Assembly: GCF_006345805.1 (NCBI RefSeq)
Contig: NC_043003.1
Location: 54,622,001 to 54,686,000, forward strand
Source of the DNA: Octopus sinensis
Lineage: Eukaryota
Reading direction: 5' to 3'
DNA: 64,000 bases
Part shown: positions 52,511 through 64,000 of the stretch, one piece after another
Layout of the letters: each line of letters opens with the position of its first letter
Numbering within the stretch: position 1 is the stretch's first letter
Notes under the pieces: generated by a model
What the model was told of the DNA's origin: nothing
Seen by the model: the letters and a program-made list of their open reading frames with translations, nothing else
Database searches by the model: none
Made by a program: the position numbers and the translations under genes

Positions 52511-55500
52511 TGAGCGGCAACAACAAAAACATCCTCTCAGATATTGTCTTCAGAGAGCGCACAATGCATTTAGTAATGTAGTCCTATATTCAATATAAAT
52601 GCTAAAGCAATCACGACGCTCATTACGGCTCTACCTGCTAGACGTAGGAGCCACATTCTTTCAGTTAACCCCCGCCTCTGTCTCCGCACCCCCACACTCT
52701 GCAATCATAAAAAGACAGAAAATATCAAAAACGAATTACTATTACATAATGTACTTCTATATACATTATGTCTGAATAAAATATCACGTGATCATACTTT
52801 TAATTATCTCTGCTAGTGAGACACATAATAACTGCACCAATTTCTGAAAGAATTCACTATAACTATAGATACGACAGATCTTAGATTGTAAGTGATCGAA
52901 ATATTTATTAATTTCCCAGTCCTAGTTTCCGATTATATTTCTCGGTTGACGGAACCTCTGAACAACTGATCGATTTACTAGTAGGAATAGCAGTATTTTC
53001 CCTCAAAAGGGATTGGTGTGTTTCATAATATTGGTTTCAAATTTAGGCAGAAGGCCAGCAAGTCCAAGAGGATGGTGTAAATCGATTACATCGACTGCAA
53101 CGTTCAACTGGTACTTATTTAATCTAAAACAGCTTGTCGCCTTGGTAGATTCCATAATATTATAATATATAGCAAGGCATTCCGAAAAAATATGGAAACG
53201 TGATTGATAAAAATTCGTTGTTGAATCAAGTGTGATCTGTGGTTAAACGACATCAAGAACGTTAACATGTCTAAACATTAGTGATCTGTTCGACAAAATT
53301 TCAGCATAATGGTCATTGCTGTTGAGAATTAAGTTCCTTCTCAATAAACCCGAGGCATTAGATGATATTTGCTGGTTATTCCTTTTACAAATCGTCACCA
53401 TTATCTAGTAGAAGCCATTATTTGGTATTTCAGACGTCGTTTTCTCATCTTCCACTTAGACATAAATATATTTTTATCTACTTGCGTCTGTATCAACGTA
53501 CTGACAATTTGGACTGAAGCTTGACTTCAGTTAGTGAATTCACAAATGTGGTTTCCTTTGTTGGATTACACTGGAATGATAGTTTGCGCAGGGATCTCCA
53601 GCATCATATATGAACTGAGAACACCAAGAAATACATTATCCAATGTGTATCTAAATCAGCATTATGCGATGCATATTAGAGTTCGTTCTTATTTCAGGGA
53701 ACTATGTCGAATACACAAAGGCAACATCATCTCTCTGGTATGCATAGCAAAAATAATTTTAATTGCTTGGGTCTTTCACTGGATTTATTTTGAATTCAAT
53801 GCTTTCTTTATAGTTACAGCATATTATTCAGAATTCGCATGTTATTATTAATATAGAATACAGCTCAGACGAAATTACACATGTATCAAAAGTCGTTTCA
53901 GCTGTAACCAAGCCATCTTTTATTCAGACGCAATGTATATGGGACTATATTATCTAATGTGAGGCAAACATTTTGATTTCTACTCTATTCTTGTTTATAA
54001 CCTAGCCTTATAAATATTGTTGTTCAGTTCCAAATCAGTTCTGTTTGTGCATATAACTACGATGAAAGGCATTCCGTACGTAACCATCCACTCTTTATCC
54101 AGTCATAGTATACCTAGATCTACATCTTAATAAAATGTGCTGTTAAAACCCATGTCAAACTTGATCAACTCTATGACAAAATAAATTCTAAGCTTGACCA
54201 GGTCGTTTGTTATTATTTTGTAATTTCTTAGATGTCTTTACCCAGTATGATGTCCCTTGATTACGACAGTAGTGTGTTTTTTGTGAAATACTCAATCGCC
54301 ATTTCGAGTGGGCTGAAAGACAATGTAGAAGCGCAAAATTGTTGAGATTAATGATTTTCTTACTAAACAAATTCCATCATTATTTAGCAGTCTGATCAAA
54401 AGCTTTTCACTCGTGAGCGGCCCATTGCTTATCATTTTTTCTAGATTGTATCTATGGGAACAATATCTAATGTTTGCTGTAGTTTTGAAGCCATTATGGA
54501 GCAATTTAAGAATTTGTCTACTATATCCAGTGGGTATTACACTCTGTAGAGGCACTTGGGATGTCTTTGTTGATTTAATTGTTGAAAAAATAAGAGGTGT
54601 CTGCTTTTTCCCTGAAGTTTCTCTGAGTGATTGCAGATATGCCTTCCCGTGACTCGTGTGAGTAATGTTTTACCAGTGAACCAGAATGTATAGAATTTTT
54701 ACAAGACAACATTTGCTCTAATGCAAAATAATATATATAAAGAAACACAATATACACAAAGGGTAAAATATTCGTACAATAATCATATATAGATGAGTAC
54801 CAGTGAAAGTTTCTTACCGATCAATACGGAAGTAAATTGATTTTTTTACCCAGAGGGGAACGACCGCAGTCATCCGTCTTCAAATTTCATTTATTTTTTA
54901 AAAATATCGTTAAACTCCTCTGTCGATTTGGTGCAATGAATGAATTCTATGGCAGTCGCTGACTCTTGAAACTGAATCTATGACAAATACAGGAAGAATT
55001 CGGAAATCAATGTGAATTTGATTTCAATGCAGTTTAAAAATATTGATATCATAAAATAAAATTTGCTAAAATTTCGAAATATTTTTTCTTCTTTCCTTGT
55101 TGTTGTTGTCTTTGTTCTTGTTGTTGTAATTTAATCTCATGTGGAGCCTGATCGAGGATAACTAGATGATGCAGAGTATCGGCTGAAGAATTTTGATTCT
55201 TTATAAAACTAGATCCGAGTGTGAATGTTAGTCGATTGAGAGTATGATGAGAATAATAGCTACGAAGAAACAAATGATCTAAAATCTAAGGAGTTTCAGG
55301 AGTACTCTCACTATCTCAATCCACACATACAATATATAAAACCACAATATGTTTTGTTTAATTTTAAGATTGTACGATGATATACAGGGGATACTTTGCT
55401 ACTCTATATTACGAGATCACAACAGAGCATTTAGTAGTTATTTAACACTAGTACAGTTCTGATTAAGTAATGTATTCGTTACATATATTCCAGCTAAGTC

Positions 55501-56734
55501 ATCGCTATACCTTATTCTATGACCTGTCTTTCATTTTCGAGACTGGCAGGGTGTAATTTCTGGGGGACATTACTGATCGTATTAGTAGAATAAGCTACAG
55601 CGTAGAGGCTGTTTCTCTGATTCAATTGCAATTATCTTTAATGTAAATTAAGCTTTATGTCAGCTGCCATGAATTACTATAATCAAAGCCGTTTTAAGCA
55701 TGACTATCCCACGTTTGTTTCAGGAACAGTACCTCAAGGACTACAATATATAACGTGTCATTCCTTTTTGGAGACGAAAGAGGAGTTTCGTTAATATGTA
55801 TAACATATCGACGTGTCGTTCCTCTTGAGCTCAGTGTGGCAGGACTTAAGGAAAACATAGTTACTATTTCTGGGAGACAAAATTTACACTTTACTGAAGG
55901 ATATATCAATGAATCCGACTGTATAATATTTCGTGACAACCATTGCTAGACGGAGAAGTTTAGAAGACTGCCACATGGTATTTGAATACTTTTAGCGGAA
56001 TTAAACACAGAGGCAATCTTTCTAGCCAAATCTCTGGTGTGCGTATAACTTCCACACCATCCATCAGAATATCAGAGGAACCGAAGGTATGAGAGATCAT
56101 TGGCGCCGTCCTCCCTTCTTCCAATACCCACTGATACCATATATATATATATATATATATATAATATACATATATATATATATACTATATATATGTTTGT
56201 AGGTATGTTACATATATATATATATTATATACATGTACATGTATATATATAATATACAAATAGATATATATATGCATATATTGCTATATATATATATTAT
56301 ATATATAATATATATATATATATGTATTTATATATACATAGAAGAGGTGAGAAGGAGAGAGGGATAGAGAGAGTACTAGAGAGAGTAACAAAAAGAGAGA
56401 GAGAGAGAGGCTCGAATCTATTATTTACCGTTTAATATAATCTCCTACAGACAGAGAGAACTAAACATTTGTACAAATACATGAATGATATTGCGCGTAA
56501 CATACAAAAATACGAAAGAAAATTATATAAACAAAAATTACAATAATAACATAAAACATAAGCACGCAATTCACTCGACGCGTAATTCATAAACAATAAA
56601 TTCTGTTCATAAAGTATGTGTATATTTATTTACGTATTTATCGATACATATGCTATATCTCACTTCATGCAAGTTAGTTGTGTATGCATAAACAGTCAAA
56701 TAAATATGTCTACATATATATGACGAAGTGAATA

Positions 56735-56766
<32 letters not shown>

Positions 56767-57173
56767 GATGATATGTATATATTATATATAATATATATAT
56801 GTGTGTGTATATATATATGTACATATATATACATATATATATCCATACATGTATATATTCATACATACGTACTTATATATATATATTATTATATATATAT
56901 ATATTTTATATAAAGATACGTAATGTATGAATATACTTATATAATCTACGTATGCGTATATATATACACATATGTAGGTAAATATACGTAGATAGATATA
57001 CGTATATATATTATAATATATATATAGTATAGATATATATTATATATAATATGTGTATATATATAAAGAAACGAAACATATATATATTATATATACATAT
57101 ACATATATATATATGTATATATATATGTATATATGTTATATATATACTACATATATATGGATATATATATATA

Positions 57174-57216
<43 letters not shown>

Positions 57217-58020
57217 ATATACATATATATATATGAAGAGCAGGTATGCATGTACCAACAAATATACGTACATATATATCTGTATCTATCTTATATCATT
57301 TTGATTATGTGTGAGTGCGCGTGTAAAATATACGTTCATCTATTGCGCACTTTATAGCACAAATCACTGCTCTCTCTCATAGATATATCATCTGATACTC
57401 AGTGGATATTTGCCAAAGTTCTTCACATCATGGTGTATTGATCATAAAACAATATCAACTAGTAATATACACTTTTATCCATTTAAATATTCTTTCATTT
57501 TGCCTACGGTAAGAAAATACTGTCTACTTCATTCTGCAGTATTGGCATTTCCCTATAGTTTATTATAACACAGCAATATAGTGATAAAATTCTCTTTTGG
57601 TTAACTTTTCCTTACACCATATGCGCACCAGATTAAAATACTCGATTCCAAACAGAGAAATATTGATATGAAAACAGTCAATTGCTCACATAATAACTCA
57701 TGCCTAGAGAAATACAGTGTTAGTGAGACATACACATTTATGTATTTTTGCAAACACACATACACAGACACAACATACACACATACACACACTTACACAC
57801 ATGCACACACTTACACACAGACGATCCACACAACCTTCTATATAAATATGTATATCACTATAACCATATCGAACAAATTATAAGATGTAGCTATACACCG
57901 CTGGTAACAGTGCTCTTTCCTCGCAATAGTGTAGCTTCTGGAGCACGAAACCCCACCGGATTGGTGGGTAGGGCATATATATATATATATATATCCTTTT
58001 GTACACTTGGAACAAGGAAG

Positions 58021-59470
58021 CAAATTTTGGGAGTAGCGCAGTCGATTAGATTGACTCCAGTACGCACCTGGTACTTAATTTATCGACCCCGAAAGAATGA
58101 AAGGCAAGACGACCTCGGTAGAATTTGAACGCAGAAGGTATAGACAGACAAAATACCGCTAAGCATTTCGCCCGGCGTGCTAAAGTTTCTTATTTCTTTA
58201 TTGCCTACAAGGGGCTAAACATAGAGGGGACAAACAAGGACAGTCAAAAGGATTAAGTTGATTACATCGACCCCAGTGCGTAAGTGGTACTTAGTTTATC
58301 GACCCCGAAAGGATGAAAGGCAAAGTCGGCCTCGGCGGAATTCGAACACAGAACGTAAAGACAGAAAAAATACCTATTTCTTTACTACCAACAAGGAGCT
58401 AAACAAAGAGGGGACAAACAAGGACAGACACACGGATTAAGTCGTTCACATCGAACCCAATGCGTAACTGGTACTTATTTAATCGACCCCGAAAGGATTA
58501 AAGGCAAAGTCGACCTCGGCGGAATTTGAACTCAGAACGTCGCGGCAGACGGAATACGGCTAAGCATTTCTCCCGGCGTGCTAACGTTTTCTTATTTCTT
58601 TATTGCCCACACGGGTCTAAACATAGAGGGGACAAACAAGGACAGTCAAAAGGATTAAGTTGATTACATCGACCCCAGTGCGTAAGTGGGTACTAGTTTA
58701 TCGACCCCGAAAGGATGAAAGGCAAAGTCGGCCTCGGCGGAATTCGAACACAGAACGTAAAGAAGAAAAAATACCTATTTCTTTATACCAACAAGGAGCT
58801 AAACAAAGAGAGAAGAGAGACAAACAAGGACAGACACACGGATTAAGTCGTTTACATCGAACCCAATGCGAACTGGTACTTATTTAATCGACCCGAAAGG
58901 ATATTAAAGGCAAAGTCGACCTCGGCGGAATTTGAACTCAGAACGTCGCGGCAGACGGAATACGGCTAAGCATTTCTCCGCGTGCTAACGTTTTCTTATT
59001 TCTTTATTGCCCACACTGGGTCTAAACATAGAGGGGACAAACAAGGACAGTCAAAGGATTATGTTGATTACATCGACCCAGTGCGTAAGTGTACTTAATT
59101 TATCGACCCAAAAGGATGAAAGGCAACGCAACCTCGGCGGAATTTGAACTCAGAACGTAGCGGCAGACGAAATACTATTTTTTATTACCCACAAGGGGCT
59201 AAACATAGAGGAGACAAACATGGGACAGTATAGGATTATTATCGACCCCCCAGTGCTTAACTGGTACTTAAATTTATCGACCCCGAAAGGATGAAAGGCA
59301 AAGTCGACCTCGCGGCGGAATTTGAACTCACAACGTAACGGCAGCCGAAAGTACCGCTAAGCATTTCGCCCGACGTGCTAACGATTCTGCTAGCTCGCCG
59401 CCTTCGGCAGACGAAATACTGCTATGCATTTCGCCCGGCGTTTTAAAGTTTCTAACAGCTCGGTGCCTTA
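58021..59470 (-). mobile_element. Head-to-tail array of 7 S2 SINE units plus a partial head
   Basis: gaaaggatgaaaggcaaag-type central domain at about 58090, 58305, 58490, 58708, 58895, 59110 and 59285; internal A-B-A-B-A repeat of about 400 bp. Confidence 0.95.
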
Positions 59471-59956
59471 GAGCGTATATATATCGTTTATTTTTTACTA
59501 TTAACCGATTTCAGTCAGAGAGCGACGTCATGCTGGAACAACACCTTTTTCACTGTGTTTCACTTTCTGTTCTGTATAGTTTTCGTTATAGTAGCGATTT
59601 AAGAGGAGCTGCTTTTCTGTGCACTTCTTGCGCCGATGTGATTTCGTTGGATTTCTCAGATAAACGCATGTCCAAATCCTCTTTTGAAACCTCTGAATTT
59701 GAAATCAAAATTAGATTGACAGAATGCTGAAGAGTTGTGGTGCCTTGGAAATGATGTTACAATACTGATACTCCATATCGTTCATGCGTCACTTCTTTGT
59801 ATAGTGTCGCTGAACAGCCTGAAGTTACGGCGTACCTGTACACAAAAAAAATCTCGCACACACACACACAAAACATACAATATTAATATATACATACATA
59901 CATTATATATATACATACCTATTATATCTATATATATATATATATATAATATATTA

Positions 59957-60034
<78 letters not shown>

Positions 60035-60063
60035 AGAAGTTGGTTTGTGAAAGCACGTGGTTG

Positions 60064-60235
60064 AATATATAGAAAATAGTAAAAAGTGAAAAAAACTACA
60101 GAAGGCTTGTTTTAAGAAAAAAATTGTAAGAAAAAAATTTATAATATTCTTCAGACATATTGACTCAAATATATATTTTTAACCTTTTAAAACAAGCCTT
60201 CTGTAGTTTTTTCACTTTTTACTATTTTCTATATT
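60064..60235. repeat. Foldback element, about 50-bp arms, between (TA)n tracts
   Basis: atatagaaaatagtaaaaagtgaaaaaaactacagaaggcttgttttaa / ttaaaacaagccttctgtagttttttcactttttactattttctatat. Confidence 0.9.
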
Positions 60236-60386
60236 TCTATATATATATATATATATATATAATATACATGCATATAATATACATATATATATGTTATATA
60301 TAAATATACTATATATATATATATATGTATATATATACATACACACACCAATATAATATATATATATACATACACACACCCTATAT

Positions 60387-60448
<62 letters not shown>

Positions 60449-60606
60449 AAAATACATATACATACACGCACATATACACACATACATGCATTCATATGTA
60501 TATATATATTGTTAAAAATGTTAAGACAACAAAAGAAAGAAAGATACCTCGATATTATGTAAATACAGGAATTTATCTGTAAATGCAATATGTGACAATT
60601 ATTCGG

Positions 60607-60763
60607 CAGCCATGATAAAACTCCGAGTTTCGGATGCCGATGTGGAAATCCACGCCGCCATCTCTCTAGTTACCCGGCTATTTTTTCGATGGCCGGATAA
60701 CTGAAGAGATGGCAGCGTAGATTTCCACCTCGGTATCCGAAACTCGGAGTTTCATCACAGCTG
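60607..60763. repeat. GC-rich hairpin (about 66-72-bp arms, 13-nt loop), MITE-like
   Basis: Arms 60613-60678 and 60692-60757 with 8 differing positions. Confidence 0.9.
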
Positions 60764-60969
60764 TGTGGTAAGTAGCTTGCTTACCAACCACATGGTTCCA
60801 GGTTCATTCTCACTGCGTTGCACCTTGGGCAAGTGTCTTCTACTATAGCCTCGGGCCGACCAAAACCTTGTGAGTGGATTTGGTAAACGGAAACTGAAAG
60901 AAGCCCGTCGTATCTTTCTCTCTCTCTATCTCTATCTATTTATTATCTATATCTATCTATCTATCTATA

Positions 60970-61016
<47 letters not shown>

Positions 61017-61034
61017 TTGTATATATATATATAT

Positions 61035-61101
<67 letters not shown>

Positions 61102-61220
61102 TTGTGTGTCTGTGTTTGTCCCCCCAACATCACTTGACAACCAAAGAATAAGTCCTGGGGTCGATTTCTTCGACTAAGAAAATGGTGGCTGCACTCAAAT
61201 TACTGGAAGAAGTAAAAGAA
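60760..61220 (+). mobile_element. S1 SINE with about 190-bp expanded internal microsatellite and an internal deletion
   Basis: Head and core match the reverse complement of 50321-50708; (TATC)(TA)(TG)n inside; tail aagtaaaagaataaa. Confidence 0.85.
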
Positions 61221-61544
61221 TAAAACAATTTATACACGCAGGCGCGCGGACACACACACTCCCATACACACAGATATATAATGTGAGTATGCATCTATAT
61301 GTGTACGTGTGAATGCATGTATGTGTGCGCGTATGTGTATGTATGTAAAAGCATATGAGAATATGTCGATGTTTCGAAAAATCATAGAACACATTCTGAA
61401 CACCATTATTTGCTACTATACACAAACTTAACACATACACAGAAGCACACGCACGCACTTACACACAAACATATATATATATATATGTTCATGTATGTAT
61501 ATATATATATATATATATATATCAGATGTTGCTATCAGATGTTG

Positions 61545-61805
61545 CTAAACATCGCTGGTCACAATTCGCTTTGCAATGTTTTAGCCTTCAAGTGTCGCCA
61601 CCCCGCTGGAAAAGCGAGCAGGCCAACAATGAGAGAAAGCTGTGGCGAAAGAGTACAGCAGGGATCGCTACCATACTATACCGGAGGATCGTGGAGCTTT
61701 AGGTGTTTTCGATCAATAAACTCTCACAAAGCCCGGTCTGGGAATCAAAACCGCGATCCTACCACTGCGAATCCGCTGCCCTAACCACGGGACCAATGTG
61801 CCTCC
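61545..61805 (-). mobile_element. S3 SINE
   Basis: Homologous to 28397-28700. Confidence 0.8.
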
Positions 61806-61888
61806 AATATATATATATATATATATATCCTATATTACGAATGTGTGTATCTTTCTCTCGCTTCTCCCTCCTCCTCGCTCTCCATCTC

Positions 61889-61938
<50 letters not shown>

Positions 61939-62359
61939 ATATATACACATATATATATATATATATATATATACACGCATCTAGACATGATTGTAGTGAA
62001 TTATTACTTGAACCTTTCTCTAGATATACAGCTACTTGAAAGTGCTCGGAATCGCAGACACTTAAAATACACGGAATTTCTAACATATAATCATATACTT
62101 TGTTACTTATGCAGATGCTTCTCACAAGATATTAAACCGAAAGTCTATAAACAGTTATGTATTTGCATCCAGACCACTTGTGTATATACATAGATGCATG
62201 TATGCATACATACATACATGCATACCAGCATACATCCATACATACATAGATACATACATATATATATGCAACTATACGTATATATATATAGATTTATCTA
62301 CATCTATATCTCGCTCTCTCTCCGCACTATTTATCTATACCCCTCCGCATATATATATT

Positions 62360-62424
<65 letters not shown>

Positions 62425-62666
62425 CATACATATAATATATATATACATACGTATATATATATACATACGTATAATATATATATATATATTATATATATAT
62501 ATATATACATACATATACATACATATACATACGTATACTCTCCCCCTTCACACACACGCGGGGCGGTATATAAATTCAAGTTTCTTTATGTATATGAAAA
62601 AAAGTTAGTGTTTTATAACGTAGTAATATCAATAATAATAATAACAACAACAACAACACCAATAAC

Positions 62667-62723
<57 letters not shown>

Positions 62724-63645
62724 GTTACAACAACCACAACAACAGGAATAATTTTGGTAATACTAATCAATACAACAAGAGGATTAATATAACATAAGCT
62801 GAAAAGAGCACAGTGAAATGTAATCCCTAAGCAATCACAATCCTGGTTTTTCACAGGAAAAAGCAAGGCCTATGAGTTGGGCCAACTCGTAAAAATCTCG
62901 TAAAATCTCGTAAGATATCGTGAAATATCAAATATCAGGAAAGCTTGTATTTGTAGTGTGTGTGCTTTTATAGTAATATCATTATATCACGTAAGTATGG
63001 ATTTTATATTCTTTTTGTTTTTTTTACTCTAACATTTCTGAACGCAGCTGGATGTGTTACTTCTGCAGACTGTGGGATTTCATTTATCGAAAACGTAATT
63101 TGTGTGAAGATTATGGTTGGTGTTTATGCGCATCTGTGTATGTGTGTATGTGGTGTGTGCGTGTGATTAGCGTCATACAGTCTATTTATTTTATGTTTTG
63201 ATTCAAATTCGTATATCATTTATGGTAGATAATAAATTCAACGAAGAGAGAATAATAAAGAAACGCTATTTTTCTGCATGCCTACTCGCCTTCATATAAT
63301 CTATGCAGTATATTCTGATTCGATACTCGATACTACATATGTATATAAGCCAGTTTCGAGCCTTCATTAGTTTATCCTACACGGGCCTTAGAACTTCACA
63401 TTATCATGAATCATTACTGTTTTATGCATTTACGGGTGTGGTATCGTGGGTATTTTTAATATCAAAAACAGACGTTTTGGGTCCTTTGTTTAGATTCAGT
63501 AGCTAGAACTACCGTTGGACTTTGTATCAATAAGAAAATTTTGACATGGTTCCTCTACCTTCTGTGTATAGCGGAAAAAGACATTTTGAGCATGGGTCTA
63601 TTCATTAACAGGAACAAAAGCTAAACCGTATATAAAATATATATA

Positions 63646-63875
63646 AAGGCGGCGAGTTGGCAGAAACATTAGCACGCCGGGTGAAATGCTTATCGGTATT
63701 TCGTCTGCCGTTACGTTCTGGGTTCAAATTCCGCCGAGGTTGACTTTGCCTTTCATCCTTTCGAGGTCGATGAATTAAGTATCAGTTACCCACTGGGATC
63801 GATGTAATCGATTAATCTCTTTCTCCTTGTTTGTCCCCTCTATGTTTAGCCCCTTGTGGGCAATAAAGAAATAAG
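63646..63875 (+). mobile_element. S2 SINE, full-length monomer
   Basis: aaggcggcgagttggcagaa head, gggttcaaattcc B-box, central domain, tail gggcaataaagaaataag. Confidence 0.9.
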
Positions 63876-64000
63876 GAACAAAAACTAAGCAATATGAGCA
63901 AAAACGATTTTTATTTCGTTCCTGAAGCTGCTAGAAACAGAAACCTAAATCAATCTATATATATAATATGAAGTGGGATCGTATCTTAAGTAAAAACACA

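Noticed and set aside
51671-52581. Long ORFs (256 and 269 aa) with poly-His, poly-Pro and poly-Ser
   Set aside because: They arise from stop-free triplet repeats, are open in several frames and on both strands, and show no domain or splice support
53885-53935. Further hammerhead-like string on the minus strand (ctgaa..agatggct..agctgaaac)
   Set aside because: The core is interrupted and there is no valid cleavage triplet; too degenerate to support
55996-56086. AG/GT-bounded open frame GIKHRGNLSSQISGVRITSTPSIRISEEPK with a strong GTATGA donor
   Set aside because: No recognisable homology or linked exons; it needs RNA-seq before it can be called
57383-57508. 126-nt phase-0 open frame with a GTAAGA donor
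   Set aside because: AT-rich, the peptide is not protein-like, and I see no homology
58021-59470. Repeat array superficially like a CRISPR or tRNA cluster
   Set aside because: The units are degenerate eukaryotic SINEs without unique spacers or complete cloverleaves

Overview
This is AT-rich, microsatellite-saturated eukaryotic DNA. The SINE families and repeat landscape look like a coleoid cephalopod, most likely Octopus (inference from recalled repeat sequences, not a database hit). I found no host protein-coding gene I can support, and almost all ORF-track entries are microsatellite read-throughs. The window is a layered set of transposable elements. It holds four Penelope-like elements (one 5'-truncated, RT plus GIY-YIG, at 42751-45637), CR1-type LINE fragments, an R4/Dong-like REL LINE 3' end in (TATG)n, a Gypsy gag-protease remnant, Tc1/mariner, Tigger and hAT remnants, and many tRNA-derived SINEs, including a 7-unit head-to-tail array at 58021-59470. 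The best lead is a set of hammerhead-ribozyme-like motifs in Penelope terminal repeats and foldback elements that sit in (TA)n. One family has four copies that all carry an atypical CUGUNGA core and vary mainly at positions a hammerhead tolerates. All calls come from manual translation and alignment, and most boundaries are approximate.
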